NCBI GenBank assembly: GCA_045660565.1
Contig: JAZRDX010000089.1
Span: forward strand, 1 to 40,251
Source: Eubacteriales bacterium
GTDB taxonomy: Bacteria > Bacillota > Clostridia > Oscillospirales > CAG-272
Direction of reading: 5' to 3'
DNA: 40,251 nucleotides
Shown here piece by piece: positions 8,567-18,530 of the stretch. Both the position numbers and the translations under genes were made by a program. Position 1 is the stretch's first letter. Every line of letters starts with the position of its first letter. The notes beneath the pieces were generated by a model that was given only the letters and a program-made list of their open reading frames with translations, ran no database searches and was not told the DNA's origin.

Positions 8567-10945
8567 TTATCGTTTAAGCTCTATTACGGTAACCCCGTAG
8601 TCGCCCTCGCCGTAGTTACCCGCTCTGAATGAAGCAACTCTCTTTTCCTTCTTTAACATATTCCAGAGAGCCGTACGGAGCGCACCCGTTCCTTTTCCGT
8701 GAAGAAGCGTTACCGAGTTTACTCCCGCGAGAAACGCGTCGTCGATGTATTTATCAACGGCAAACCACGCCTCGTCTCCCGTCATACCGCGGAGGTCTAT
8801 CTCCGCTTTAAAGGTGTTCGGCGCAAGAGTCTTACCTACCCCACCGCTCTTTTTCTTTTCGGGTGTCTTTTTGGTTTCGGTAAGACGTAGATTATCAAGC
8901 GTTGTTTTTGTGGTTACTATTCCGGCTCTTACGGTAACGTTTCCGTCTCTGTCCGGTGCCTTTATAACGGTACCCGTTCTGCCGACCGAGAGGATAAGCA
9001 CCTCGTCTCCGACCTTAAGAGGACGGGTTGGAACGATTCCCTCGTTTTCAGTTTTTCTGCCGGAAATAAAGCTATCCTCCGCACCGCGCAGGCTTCTGCG
9101 TATCTCCTCGCGCGCTTCCTCAAGAGTTGCCTTCGTTCTTTTTCCGTCCTCCTGCTTTTGCAGTCTTTCAAGCTTATCGAAAATGAAGGCGGAGGAAGCC
9201 TTCGCGCTTTCCATCATTCTTGTTGCCTGCTCGCGCAGATTCTGTGTGTCGCGGTAGGTCTTATCGGAAAGCTCGGATATATATTTTCTCTTTTCCTTTT
9301 CGTATCTTTCAAACTCCGCCTTTGAGTTTTCAAGCTCCGCTCTTGCCTTTTCAAGCTCTATACGTTGCTTGTCAAGCGAGGAAATAACGTCCTCAAGACG
9401 TCTGTTTTCGGTGCTTATAAAATGCTCGGCACGGCTTATAACGTTTTTCGAAAGACCGAGCTTTTCGGAGATCGCAAATGCATTTGAACGTCCGGGCGCG
9501 CCTATTATCAGTCGGTATGTGGGCTTCAAGGTTTCTATATCAAACTCACAGCCCGCGTTTGTTACCCCTTCGTTATTGGCGGCGTATTCCTTAAGCTCTG
9601 AGTAGTGTGTGGTTGCGGCACAAAGCGCTCCCTTATACGAGCGGACCTCCTCAAGTACTGAAATCGCTATCGCCGCACCCTCTATCGGATCGGTTCCCGC
9701 GCCAAGCTCGTCAAAGAGAACAAGGCTTTCTCGGCTTACCTTTTTCAGTATCTTTATTATATTGACCATGTGAGAGGAGAAGGTCGAAAGAGACTGCTCG
9801 ATGCTTTGCTCATCGCCTATATCGGCAAGTATCTCCTCGAAAACTCCGCATTCCGCGTTTTCGGCAGGGAGGTGAAGTCCCGACTGAGCCATAAGAGCGA
9901 AAAGACCGAGGGTTTTGAGGGTTACCGTTTTTCCTCCGGTGTTGGGACCGGTTATAACGAGCGTATCAAATTCCTCGCCGAGTGAAACGGTTATAGGAAC
10001 CACCGTTTTAACGTCAAGCAGAGGGTGTCTTGCTTTTACCAGCTTTAAAAGTCTTTTTTCGGTGATTGTCGGTTCTACCGCTCCGTATTTATCGGCAAAC
10101 TGCGCTTTTGCAAAAATAAAGGCAATTTGCGTTATATTCATATAGTTTAAAAGTATCGTTTCTCCGTAAAGCGCGCAGTCGGAGGAAAGAGAAAACAGTA
10201 TCCGTTCTATCTCTCTTGCTTCCTTCGTCTGAAGCTCGCGAAGCTCGTTGTTCGCCTCGACAACAGCATAAGGCTCTATGAAAACCGTAGCTCCCGTTGC
10301 TGATGTGTCATGAACCAGACCTTTTATTTCATTTTTATATTCCGCTTTTACCGGAACGACAAATCGGTCGTTTCTTACGGTAACGATATTTTCCTGAAGG
10401 TACTTTCCGTAAGCACCCGAAACGTACTTTTGCAGAGTTTCTCTTACCGAGCCCTGACTGTGGCGTATCTTTCTGCGAAGATCAGCGAGCGCGGGACTTG
10501 CCTCATCGGCAACGTAGTCCTCCGAGGGGAGCGCGCGGTATATCTTTTCCTCTAAAAAGCGGTTTGGAGTAAGGCGTCTGAAGATTACGTCTATGACCGT
10601 TTCGTCTGCCGAGCCGTTTTCGATATAATCTATAAGCGCTCTCGATGTTCGAAGAACGTTTGCCACCTCAAGAAGCTCGGACGGGGCGAGGGTGGATTTT
10701 TTTCTCGCCTTCTCAATAGAGTCTCCGACGTCCTTTACCGCAGAAAAAGACGGATATGATTTTTTTGATATAAGATACCTTGCGGCAGTTGTCTCCGCCT
10801 GCATACGCTTAATTCTTACAGCGTCGCTTTCGGGGGAAAGATGCATGGCTGCGTCTTTTGCTCCCTCTGTCGCGGCACATTCCGCAAGAAGCTCTTTTAT
10901 TTTATTAAATTCAAGTGTTTTAATTGCTTTTTTAAAATCTGACAT
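8567..10945 (-). CDS. mutS2: Endonuclease MutS2 (MutS domain plus C-terminal Smr domain)
   Basis: 792 aa. P-loop ITGPNTGGKT, DELGAGTDP, a coiled-coil linker, and a C-terminal Smr block (IDLRGMTGDEA ... LLHGKGTGALR). Confidence 0.9.
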   Translation of the reverse strand: MSDFKKAIKTLEFNKIKELLAECAATEGAKDAAMHLSPESDAVRIKRMQAETTAARYLISKKSYPSFSAVKDVGDSIEKARKKSTLAPSELLEVANVLRTSRALIDYIENGSADETVIDVIFRRLTPNRFLEEKIYRALPSEDYVADEASPALADLRRKIRHSQGSVRETLQKYVSGAYGKYLQENIVTVRNDRFVVPVKAEYKNEIKGLVHDTSATGATVFIEPYAVVEANNELRELQTKEAREIERILFSLSSDCALYGETILLNYMNITQIAFIFAKAQFADKYGAVEPTITEKRLLKLVKARHPLLDVKTVVPITVSLGEEFDTLVITGPNTGGKTVTLKTLGLFALMAQSGLHLPAENAECGVFEEILADIGDEQSIEQSLSTFSSHMVNIIKILKKVSRESLVLFDELGAGTDPIEGAAIAISVLEEVRSYKGALCAATTHYSELKEYAANNEGVTNAGCEFDIETLKPTYRLIIGAPGRSNAFAISEKLGLSKNVISRAEHFISTENRRLEDVISSLDKQRIELEKARAELENSKAEFERYEKEKRKYISELSDKTYRDTQNLREQATRMMESAKASSAFIFDKLERLQKQEDGKRTKATLEEAREEIRRSLRGAEDSFISGRKTENEGIVPTRPLKVGDEVLILSVGRTGTVIKAPDRDGNVTVRAGIVTTKTTLDNLRLTETKKTPEKKKSGGVGKTLAPNTFKAEIDLRGMTGDEAWFAVDKYIDDAFLAGVNSVTLLHGKGTGALRTALWNMLKKEKRVASFRAGNYGEGDYGVTVIELKR

Positions 10946-11017
10946 AGTAGTTTGATTAAAAACCTTTTACGTTTTCTTTAGCGCGCGGTAAGTTCGTTTT
11001 TTTCCGCGTTCAATAAA

Positions 11018-11389
11018 TTATTTAACGTCTCCGAAAGCGCTTTTTATGTGCCTTATCTCGGTTTTGCCGCTTAAAAAATAAACCTCGATAACGTCAATGC
11101 GGCATTTTTCTGCTTCCGGGTACAGTCTTTGATAAGCCTTTACCGCGGAGACAAAGTTTTTCCGTTTACGGTAATTTACCGCCGAGGACGGTCTGCCGTA
11201 TTTAGAGCCCACGTCAGCGGTACGCGCCTTGACCTCGACGAAAACCGTTCTGTCCCCGTCAAGCGCGATAATATCTATCTCGCCCGAAGCGGCTCGGTAG
11301 TTGCGTTCCTTTACGGTATATCCGAGAGAGACGAGATATTCTGCGGCGGCGCTTTCGCCTTTAGCACCTATATGTAAGTTGTTATTCAT
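11018..11389 (-). CDS. yraN: YraN-family (UPF0102) endonuclease-like protein
   Basis: 123 aa. GEIDIIA..VFVEVKAR motif. Overlaps the rnhB stop by 8 nt. Confidence 0.8.
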   Translation of the reverse strand: MNNNLHIGAKGESAAAEYLVSLGYTVKERNYRAASGEIDIIALDGDRTVFVEVKARTADVGSKYGRPSSAVNYRKRKNFVSAVKAYQRLYPEAEKCRIDVIEVYFLSGKTEIRHIKSAFGDVK

Positions 11390-12008
11390 CCTTGTTTAAA
11401 AAACCGAGGAAGGACAGTCTGTGTATCGGAGAGGGACCGTACTTTCGTACCGCGTCCATATGCTCCTTGGTCGGATACCCCTTGTGCTTTGCTATGTTGT
11501 ATTCGGGGTACATCTCGTGCAGCTGCTCACATAGACGGTCTCTCGTTACCTTTGCGAGAATGGACGCCGCCGCAATATTCGGGGATTTTCCGTCGCCCTT
11601 TATTACCGTTACCGCCTTGCAGGGGAAATCTCTTGCTACGTTTCCGTCTACAAGCGCAAGGTCGGGGGTGAGGGTAAGTCTTTCTATTGATTTACGCATT
11701 GCGAGCTGTGAGGCGTTAAGAATATTTATCTCGTCTATAACCTCGTTTGACACAAGCTCAATAGCGTATGAGACTGCGTTTTCTTTTATAATTTCGAAAA
11801 GCTCCTCGCGTTTTTTCTCGGAAAGCTTTTTCGAATCGTTAAGTCCGGGGAGAATAAAGCCTCTCGGTAAAATACACGCCGCGGCGGCAACCGGACCGCA
11901 AAGAGGCCCTCTGCCCGCTTCATCGGTTCCGCATATCACCTTGTATTCGCTCGCGAAATATTCTTCCTCAAGCTCCCAGGTTAAAGGATTTACGTTTTTT
12001 GTAGCCAT
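11382..12008 (-). CDS. rnhB: Ribonuclease HII
   Basis: 208 aa. GTDEAGRGPLCGPV, DSKKLS, ASILAK blocks. Confidence 0.9.
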   Translation of the reverse strand: MATKNVNPLTWELEEEYFASEYKVICGTDEAGRGPLCGPVAAAACILPRGFILPGLNDSKKLSEKKREELFEIIKENAVSYAIELVSNEVIDEINILNASQLAMRKSIERLTLTPDLALVDGNVARDFPCKAVTVIKGDGKSPNIAAASILAKVTRDRLCEQLHEMYPEYNIAKHKGYPTKEHMDAVRKYGPSPIHRLSFLGFLNKDE

Positions 12009-12118
12009 AGTTTATCACCTGAAACGTAGGGGGAGTGCAGTCATTTTCAAATGGTGCAGCTCCGCCGGATTTAATCTTGTTTGTAGCTGTTTTAAGGTTG
12101 TCTTTTGAAATAAGCGCG

Positions 12119-12982
12119 TTACGGCTTTTCAAGAGAAATTCTGCCTATCTTACCGCTTCGGTATTCCTCAAGCAGCATTATAGCCGCGCGCTCGGTGTTG
12201 ATTTCACCGCCGCTGACGAGAAAGCCTCTTTTTCTTCCGACGGTGGTCAGTACGTCGTAATCGTCGTATTCCTCGGAAAGGTCCTCTGCGGTCATTTTGT
12301 AGCGCTGACAAAATACGTCGGGAGCGAGAGCGCGAAGTCTTGAAACCAGCAGACACGCGATGGTTTCGGTGTCTAAAACGTCGTCCTTTATCGCGCCGGT
12401 TATTGCAAGGTTTTCTCCTACCGTATCGTCCTCGAATTTCGGCCAGAGAACACCGGGGGTATCAAGAAGGTCAAGACCGTGCTTTGTCGGTACCCACTGC
12501 TTGTCTCTTGTTACACCCGGACGGTTTTCCGCTTTAGCCTTAGCTGAACCCGCTATGCGGTTGATAAACGTGCTTTTTCCGGAGTTCGGTATACCTACGA
12601 CCAGAGCCTTAAGTGCTCTGCCGGACATACCCTTTTCACTGTATCTTGCGAGCTTTTCGGCAAGAAGCGTTCTTATTGCCGGCATTATTTCACCAAAGCC
12701 CTCACCCGTGTTGCAGTCGGTGAAAATACAGTCGGTGTTTGTTTTTTTGAAGTACGCCTTCCACTGCTGACTTACCGACGGGTTGGCGAGAGAGGCTTTG
12801 TTAAGCAGTATAATTCTCGGCTTGTTTTCGGCAAGCTTTTCTATATCGGGGTTGTGTGAGGAATAGGGAATCCTTGCGTCAAGTATCTCTATTACGAAAT
12901 CGACAAGCGTAAGACTTTCCTTTATCAGTCTTTTGGTTTTTGCCATGTGGCCCGGGAACCACTGTATCTGCCTTGATTGCAT
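12119..12982 (-). CDS. rbgA: Ribosome biogenesis GTPase A (YlqF/RbgA; circularly permuted GTPase)
   Basis: 287 aa. QWFPGHMAK start, permuted order LNKASL (G4) then GIPNSGKST (G1) then DTPG (G3). Confidence 0.9.
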   Translation of the reverse strand: MQSRQIQWFPGHMAKTKRLIKESLTLVDFVIEILDARIPYSSHNPDIEKLAENKPRIILLNKASLANPSVSQQWKAYFKKTNTDCIFTDCNTGEGFGEIMPAIRTLLAEKLARYSEKGMSGRALKALVVGIPNSGKSTFINRIAGSAKAKAENRPGVTRDKQWVPTKHGLDLLDTPGVLWPKFEDDTVGENLAITGAIKDDVLDTETIACLLVSRLRALAPDVFCQRYKMTAEDLSEEYDDYDVLTTVGRKRGFLVSGGEINTERAAIMLLEEYRSGKIGRISLEKP

Positions 12983-13078
12983 CTTTTTTCTCCTGTGTTT
13001 TTATAACTGTGCTCGCACAGACTGCGGCAGTGCTTTAAAACGGAATGCTCGCGTCCGAAATTCCGCATCGGGAGTGAT

Positions 13079-13690
13079 TTAAAAGAACTTAAATTCCGAA
13101 AGAGGGGCAAAACGCAGGCTTACCTTTCCGAGAATATATCTTTCGTCGATAAATCCTATCCTCGCGTCCCTGCTGTCGGTTGAACCGTTTCTGTTATCTC
13201 CCATTACGAAAACGTGATTTTCGGGAACGGTAAAGGTTTCGGGGAGATGGTTTGACGGATTCATAGGTACGGAGAGTTTGTTGATGTAATCTTCGCTTAG
13301 CTCCGCTCCGTCGACGGTAACAGTCCAGCTTTCGTAGTCTATGGTAACCGTCTGTCCCTCGGTCGCTATTATCCGTTTTACAAGCGGTGTGTCAAGTCCG
13401 TAGCTTTCCGACTGACAAACTATAATATCGTTTGCCTTTGGAGTATAGTTAAAGGTGGATACTATCAGGACGTCGCCCTCCCTTAACGTCGGGTACATTG
13501 AGCTTCCTACAACGGGGCTGTGCTTAAAAAACATAGTAAGCAACAGTATTCCCGCCGCAAAGCAAATGGTAAACATCTCCACCCACTCGAAAATACGACT
13601 GAAGCGGCAGGGTCTATTCGGCTCGTTTTCGGGGCTTTCCGAAAGCGGAGCACTGTTTAAATTATTGTCCATTTTAATCCGTTCCGCCAT
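13079..13690 (-). CDS. lepB: Signal peptidase I
   Basis: 203 aa. N-terminal TM segment, GSSMYPTL (catalytic Ser box), KRIIA (Lys box), GDNRNGSTDSR. Confidence 0.9.
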   Translation of the reverse strand: MAERIKMDNNLNSAPLSESPENEPNRPCRFSRIFEWVEMFTICFAAGILLLTMFFKHSPVVGSSMYPTLREGDVLIVSTFNYTPKANDIIVCQSESYGLDTPLVKRIIATEGQTVTIDYESWTVTVDGAELSEDYINKLSVPMNPSNHLPETFTVPENHVFVMGDNRNGSTDSRDARIGFIDERYILGKVSLRFAPLSEFKFF

Positions 13691-13775
13691 TTACGGCTTT
13701 TTTGAAATTTTGTAAGAGCGCTAAGCTAAAAGTGATACGCGAAAATATCACCTTGCTTAACCGCTTTCGTTAGGC

Positions 13776-14996
13776 TTATTCGGAAATCTTACCTCCGACA
13801 AGAAGCTCCATAAGCTTTTCGCCGCGCGAGAGGTAAAGACCGGTATTTCTTGTGTTTTCCTCGTTGAACGATTCTATTCCGTCCGCGGCTTTTCCACTGT
13901 CGTATATCATAAAAGGAACGGCGTCCATGGTATGAGTACGCTTACAGATAGGAGTCGGGTGGTCGGGAAGTATCATTATCTTAAAGCCTTCGCCGCTTTC
14001 CTTTAAATATTCGTATACTGGCTTTAAAATTTCCGCGTCTATCTTTTCTATTGAAAGAATTTTGTTATCAAGCTCGGCGCGGTGTCCGCACTCATCGGGT
14101 GCTTCAACGTGGAGGTAAACCAGCTCGGCGCCGTTTTTAAATTCCTCAATAGCCGCCGCTCCCTTGCCCTTAAAGTTGGTGCTTATGTTTCCCGTTGCGC
14201 CTTCAACGTCAACCGATTTCATGCCTGCGCAGATAGCGATTCCCTTTATAAGGTCAACAGCGGAAATTACCGAAGCGTCAAGGTTCCATTTTTCCTTAAA
14301 CGAAGGAAGCGCGGGCTTTTTACCGGGAGACCAGAACCACGCGGAGTTCGCGGGACGGAGACCTCTTTTTATTCTGTCAAGGTTTACGGGGTGGTCCTTA
14401 AGTATTTCGTAGCTCTTTTTCTGGATAGAGAGGAAGGGCTCCTCGGGAAGATAGCCGGAAATTGACTGGCCGAGAATGTCGTGGGGACGCATAAAAGCGG
14501 TAAAGCTCGGCGCATTGTTCCATATAAGGCAGTGGCGGTAGCTTACACCGGTGTAGAAATGCTTAAGCTCATCTCCCATTTCCGCCTGTAAAGCTTTTAT
14601 AAGCTTATCGGCTTCGGGAGTGGTTATTTCGTCGGCACCGTGGTCTACCATTATTTTTTCCTCATAAGGAACCTCGGTGTCTCCGGGGTTGCCGAGTGTA
14701 ACAACGTTACAGCGGTAGGCGGTATCGTCCGGCTTCATATCAAGGCCGAGAGACATAGCCTCAAGAGGGGAGCGTCCCTTTGAAAAAACTTCGGGGTTGT
14801 AGGAAAGAACGGCAAGATTTGCGGTGTCGGATTCGGGAACCATTCCGACGGGGACGTTTGATACCGTTCCCGCTACGGATGCCTTTGCAAGCTTGTCCAT
14901 TATCGGCTTATCGGCCTTTGAAAGCGGAGTTCCGCCGTTTAACGCTTCAATCGGGTAATCTGCTGCGCCATCGCAGAGTAAAACGAAGTATTTCAT
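13776..14996 (-). CDS. apgM: Cofactor-independent phosphoglycerate mutase, archaeal (ApgM) type / alkaline-phosphatase superfamily
   Basis: 406 aa. N-terminal LLCDGAAD metal-binding block, HVEAPDECGH, and LPDHPTP near the C-terminus. Confidence 0.7.
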   Translation of the reverse strand: MKYFVLLCDGAADYPIEALNGGTPLSKADKPIMDKLAKASVAGTVSNVPVGMVPESDTANLAVLSYNPEVFSKGRSPLEAMSLGLDMKPDDTAYRCNVVTLGNPGDTEVPYEEKIMVDHGADEITTPEADKLIKALQAEMGDELKHFYTGVSYRHCLIWNNAPSFTAFMRPHDILGQSISGYLPEEPFLSIQKKSYEILKDHPVNLDRIKRGLRPANSAWFWSPGKKPALPSFKEKWNLDASVISAVDLIKGIAICAGMKSVDVEGATGNISTNFKGKGAAAIEEFKNGAELVYLHVEAPDECGHRAELDNKILSIEKIDAEILKPVYEYLKESGEGFKIMILPDHPTPICKRTHTMDAVPFMIYDSGKAADGIESFNEENTRNTGLYLSRGEKLMELLVGGKISE

Positions 14997-15043
14997 TTTT
15001 TAGTCTTCCTTTGCAGTTATTTATATATTTTAAAATTAAAGTT

Positions 15044-15072
15044 ATTATATCATATTTATTGTTAATTATCAA
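15044..15072 (-). promoter_or_regulatory. SigA-type promoter for apgM
   Basis: Minus strand reads TTGATA, 17 nt, TATAAT, with TGA giving an extended -10. Confidence 0.65.
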
Positions 15073-15190
15073 GTAAGTTTTTAAAATATTAACAATATGC
15101 GCGTAAATATTTTTAAGTAACAGCCAAAACATACATGAAAACATAAGAAACGAGTATTTGTAAACTTTTTGTGAAAGAGTTAAAAAGCAC

Positions 15191-15219
15191 TTGAAAAAAG
15201 AAATTGGTTATGATATAAT
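15191..15219 (+). promoter_or_regulatory. SigA-type promoter for rplS
   Basis: TTGAAA (15191-15196), 17 nt, TATAAT (15214-15219), TG at 15211-15212. Leaves a leader of about 65 nt before the ATG. Confidence 0.75.
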
Positions 15220-15291
15220 TACTCTGTTAAATTACGGACGGTCCGCTGCGAAGCTCTGCATGAACGTCTAGGATATAAGGAGGAAGCCAAA

Positions 15292-15633
15292 ATGGATTTA
15301 ATTCAGGCTTTTGCAAACGAGCAGATAAACGAAAACGCACCCGTCGTTAACATCGGTGAGACCGTTAAGGTTCACTGCAAGATTAAGGACGGAGCCAACG
15401 AAAGAATTCAGATTTTCGAAGGCACTGTAATCGGTAAGAAGGGCGGCGGAGTTTCCGAGACCTTTACCGTAAGAAAGATTTCTTACGGCGTAGGCGTTGA
15501 GAAGATATTCCCCGTTCACTCCCCCAACATCGCAAAGGTTGAGGTAGTAAGAAAAGGTAAGGTCAGACGCGCGAAGCTTAACTATCTTCGTAACAGAGTC
15601 GGTAAGAGCTCTAAGGTTAAAGAACTTATATAA
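15292..15633 (+). CDS. rplS: 50S ribosomal protein L19
   Basis: 113 aa. Typical L19 sequence (FxxGDTVxVhxKIxEG..RIQxFEGxVI..G...[18 protein letters not shown]). AGGAGG RBS. Confidence 0.95.
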   Translation: MDLIQAFANEQINENAPVVNIGETVKVHCKIKDGANERIQIFEGTVIGKKGGGVSETFTVRKISYGVGVEKIFPVHSPNIAKVEVVRKGKVRRAKLNYLRNRVGKSSKVKELI

Positions 15634-15642
15634 CTTTTCAAA

Positions 15643-15680
15643 AATAAATGCCGTCCGCTATGGGCGGCATTTATTTTTTT
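15643..15680. terminator. Intrinsic terminator after rplS (A-rich left flank, so potentially bidirectional)
   Basis: Stem AAATGCCGTCC / GGGCGGCATTT with one G:U pair, extended by A:T pairs. Followed by a T-run of 7. Confidence 0.85.
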
Positions 15681-15761
15681 GTTATCTTGGTTGCTGCTTA
15701 AATCAGTCTTGCTTGCAGTGAACGCGATACGGCTTTAGCCGAAATTTTATCCGATAGCGTT

Positions 15762-16913
15762 TTATCTTTCGGAGCGTAAAATCTTCTCCACCGCATTGCA
15801 TAGAGCGAGCGCGTCGCTTTCGGTGTTGAACGCACCGAGACTTACTCTTACCGCGCCGTCGCCCTCGGGAGTTCCGAACTTTTTGTGCGCAAGCGGAGAG
15901 CAGTGAAGTCCCGCTCTGACGCAAATTCCGTGATCGTCTAAACGTGCGGCAAGCTTTTCCGAGGTAAAGTCTTTTGCGGAAAACAGTAACAGGGTACCGC
16001 TTTTGTTTCCGTAAATTTTTATTCCCTTAATATCCGAAAGACGGTTTTGCATTAAAGCGCAAAGCCGTTTTTCTTTTTTCAGAAGCTCTCCGCTTGGAAA
16101 TGAGGTGATAAAATCTATCCCCTTGGAAAGTCCCGCAATCGAAATGAGAGGAAGCGTTCCCGCTTCAAGACGGTCGGGCAGAAAATCCGGCATAAAGGGC
16201 GAGAGAGAGCGAACTCCGTTTCCGCCCTCGGTGAAGGTATCGGGCAGGTCGTTTTCAAACCGTTCTCCGTAAATAACGAACCCCGCCCCCGGCGGACCGT
16301 AAAGCCCCTTGTGCCCCGGAGCGCAAAGAAGATCGATATAACCCTCTTTCATATTTATCGGTAAAATACCCGCGCTTTGCGAAGCGTCAACCAGAAAGAT
16401 AAGTCCGTTTTCACGGCAGAAGCATCCTATCCTTTCTATTGGGAGAATGAAATTGCAAACGTTAGAGTGGTGGCAGGCGCAAATCATTCTTGTGGACGGT
16501 CTCAGCCGTTTTTTAAGCTCACGTACCGTGGTTTCTCCGTCCTCAAAGCTCTCATAAACGTCGAAATCTATAAGCCCCTTTTCTTTAAGAGTTGCAACGG
16601 GACGCAGAACGGAGTTGTGTTCTATATCCGAGATAAGAACGTGATCGCCACGTCTTAAAGTGGTTTTTATCGCAAGGTTTAAAGCCGCCGTAGCATTTAA
16701 AGTGAAAACTACGCGCTCTGCTTCTCCGCCGAAAAGCTCGGATATCTTTTCACGGCATTCGTAAACCGTGTTCGCCGCGGCAAGCGAAAGACGGTGAGAG
16801 GAGCGTCCGGGGTTTCCGCATCCGGAGCGCAGTACGCTTATAACCTCGGCGGTAACCGACGGAGGCTTTGGAAAGGTTGTAGCCGCATTGTCGAGATAAA
16901 TTATGCGCTGCAT
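15762..16913 (-). CDS. Class V aminotransferase / cysteine desulfurase family protein
   Basis: 383 aa. YLDNAATT start, DASQSAG, a HK pyridoxal-lysine context (APGHKGLYGP), and a C-terminal R(A/S)G.HC block. Confidence 0.8.
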   Translation of the reverse strand: MQRIIYLDNAATTFPKPPSVTAEVISVLRSGCGNPGRSSHRLSLAAANTVYECREKISELFGGEAERVVFTLNATAALNLAIKTTLRRGDHVLISDIEHNSVLRPVATLKEKGLIDFDVYESFEDGETTVRELKKRLRPSTRMICACHHSNVCNFILPIERIGCFCRENGLIFLVDASQSAGILPINMKEGYIDLLCAPGHKGLYGPPGAGFVIYGERFENDLPDTFTEGGNGVRSLSPFMPDFLPDRLEAGTLPLISIAGLSKGIDFITSFPSGELLKKEKRLCALMQNRLSDIKGIKIYGNKSGTLLLFSAKDFTSEKLAARLDDHGICVRAGLHCSPLAHKKFGTPEGDGAVRVSLGAFNTESDALALCNAVEKILRSER

Positions 16914-16935
16914 AATGGTTTTTCAGCAGAAATCC

Positions 16936-17154
16936 TTAAAACCGTATTATTTTCACAATGCGGATTTTGTTTTTTTCAAGTATTTCCGCCGCGGCGTCGG
17001 CAAAGACGGTAGAGACAGAAAGACCGTATCCGCACCCCTCTTCGAGGTGAGAGGGTTTAACTATTACTGCACGTATACCGTTTTCGTAAAGCAGCTTTTT
17101 GCCCTTCATCGCGTGAGTTACCGAACGCAGAACAATAGTAATTTCGGTATTCAT
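16936..17154 (-). CDS. DUF3343-like small protein (commonly paired with cysteine desulfurases)
   Basis: 72 aa. Sits 22 nt upstream of the desulfurase gene. Pattern recalled from family members (F.S...A...E..L...GI......P......CG). Confidence 0.55.
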   Translation of the reverse strand: MNTEITIVLRSVTHAMKGKKLLYENGIRAVIVKPSHLEEGCGYGLSVSTVFADAAAEILEKNKIRIVKIIRF

Positions 17155-17279
17155 TTTTGCTGTTTCCTTCCTTGGTGTTATAGAGAAAATATATTTCTCT
17201 AATACATTATATGATAAATTATGCTAAACGTACATTTTGCGTCAGCTTAGGTTTTGTCCTGCTTAAAACGGTATGCGGA

Positions 17280-18386
17280 TTAAATTATCCCGAAAAGAAC
17301 AAGTACCGCACCAATAAAAGTACATATCGCCGCCTGCGTAAGCTTTGTTTTTAAATACGTTCTCGTGTTAAGTCCTACGGGGGTGGCGAAAGCGCAGTAC
17401 TGCATGTAAACGGAAAGACCGCCAAACGCTGAAAAGGTAAAGGTCAGTATTTTAGCCGCTGTCGTCCATAACGGAGACGGTAGCAGCGACAGCGCGTGTA
17501 AAGATTTTACTCCGCTGCTTATTTCGGTAAATGCGCAGATAAGACTTACCGTTAAGGTGCTTGCACCGACCGAAATAAGCACCTCGGAAAGTGCCGACAG
17601 CATAACCTCAAAAAAGACAACGAAGCCTATCACCTTGATAACCGAAAGCGTAGCCGAAGAAACAGCGGAGGAAAGCGCCCCCGAAAGAGTAAAATCCTTG
17701 TTACGGGTTACGTCATAACCGTCGTTTGCAGTGCTGCCGCTACGTCTTTTTTTAAAGCCGAAAAGCAGTACTCCCGTTAGAATCGCGGCGATTAGCTGCG
17801 ACAGATAAAGAAAAATGCCAAGCTCGGCGCACCCCCATATTCCCGCTCCGACTCCCGAAACGAGAAACCCAAGCCCCGCATTGTTGCTTATTCCCGAAAG
17901 TCTCTCTGCATCCTCTTTTGCAATATCTCCCGACGTATAAAGGGAAACGGCTGTTTTCGCACCTACGGGAAAGCCGCAGAATGCGCCGATAACAAACGCC
18001 GCGGCTCCCTTTCCGTCAAGCCCGAATATTCTGTGAAACGTTTTGCCGAGACACCTTTGCGCGGTGTCGGGAAAGCTGGAAAGAATCAAAAGCTCCCCCG
18101 CGATCATAAACGGAAAAAGAGACGGGATAAGCGTTTTAAAACAAAGCTTCAGCGCGCCTTCAACCGCGGTAAAAGAGGTACGGGGATGTGTTAAAAGATA
18201 TGCCGCAAAGATAAATACGCCGCTCCACACGGTGAATTTTAATATACCCGTTTTGCTTTTTGGTGATTCCTTTAGTCCGACGTGCTTTTGCGAATGAAGT
18301 GCTGTGTTTTTTACCGTACAGATATTCTTTTTCCGTATGCTTTCTTTTTGCAGGACGTCAGTCTTTTTTGTTATTAACGTATTCAA
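17280..18386 (-). CDS. ylbJ: Sporulation integral membrane protein YlbJ-like (nucleoside-recognition/Gate-type membrane protein)
   Basis: 368 aa polytopic. IPSLFPFMI block as in YlbJ. TTG start 6 nt after GGAGGA. The N-terminal ~45 aa basic extension is uncertain. Confidence 0.55.
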   Translation of the reverse strand: MNTLITKKTDVLQKESIRKKNICTVKNTALHSQKHVGLKESPKSKTGILKFTVWSGVFIFAAYLLTHPRTSFTAVEGALKLCFKTLIPSLFPFMIAGELLILSSFPDTAQRCLGKTFHRIFGLDGKGAAAFVIGAFCGFPVGAKTAVSLYTSGDIAKEDAERLSGISNNAGLGFLVSGVGAGIWGCAELGIFLYLSQLIAAILTGVLLFGFKKRRSGSTANDGYDVTRNKDFTLSGALSSAVSSATLSVIKVIGFVVFFEVMLSALSEVLISVGASTLTVSLICAFTEISSGVKSLHALSLLPSPLWTTAAKILTFTFSAFGGLSVYMQYCAFATPVGLNTRTYLKTKLTQAAICTFIGAVLVLFGII

Positions 18387-18530
18387 TGGCGATCCTCCGC
18401 ATATAGTAGTTTAAAGGCAGTGTTTTATTTTATGCTTTACGTTTTGGCAAAATGCAAGACGGTGCCGAAATACAGGTTTTAGCGGCTATTCGAGAGTGAT
18501 AATGAAAAATACTGCGGAGGAGGGACGGGT

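Noticed and set aside
15220-15291. The rplS 5' UTR as the Rfam L19 leader.
   Set aside because: The leader is about 65 nt and can form small hairpins (GCT GCGA AGC). I cannot verify the L19-leader consensus from memory, so it needs cmscan.
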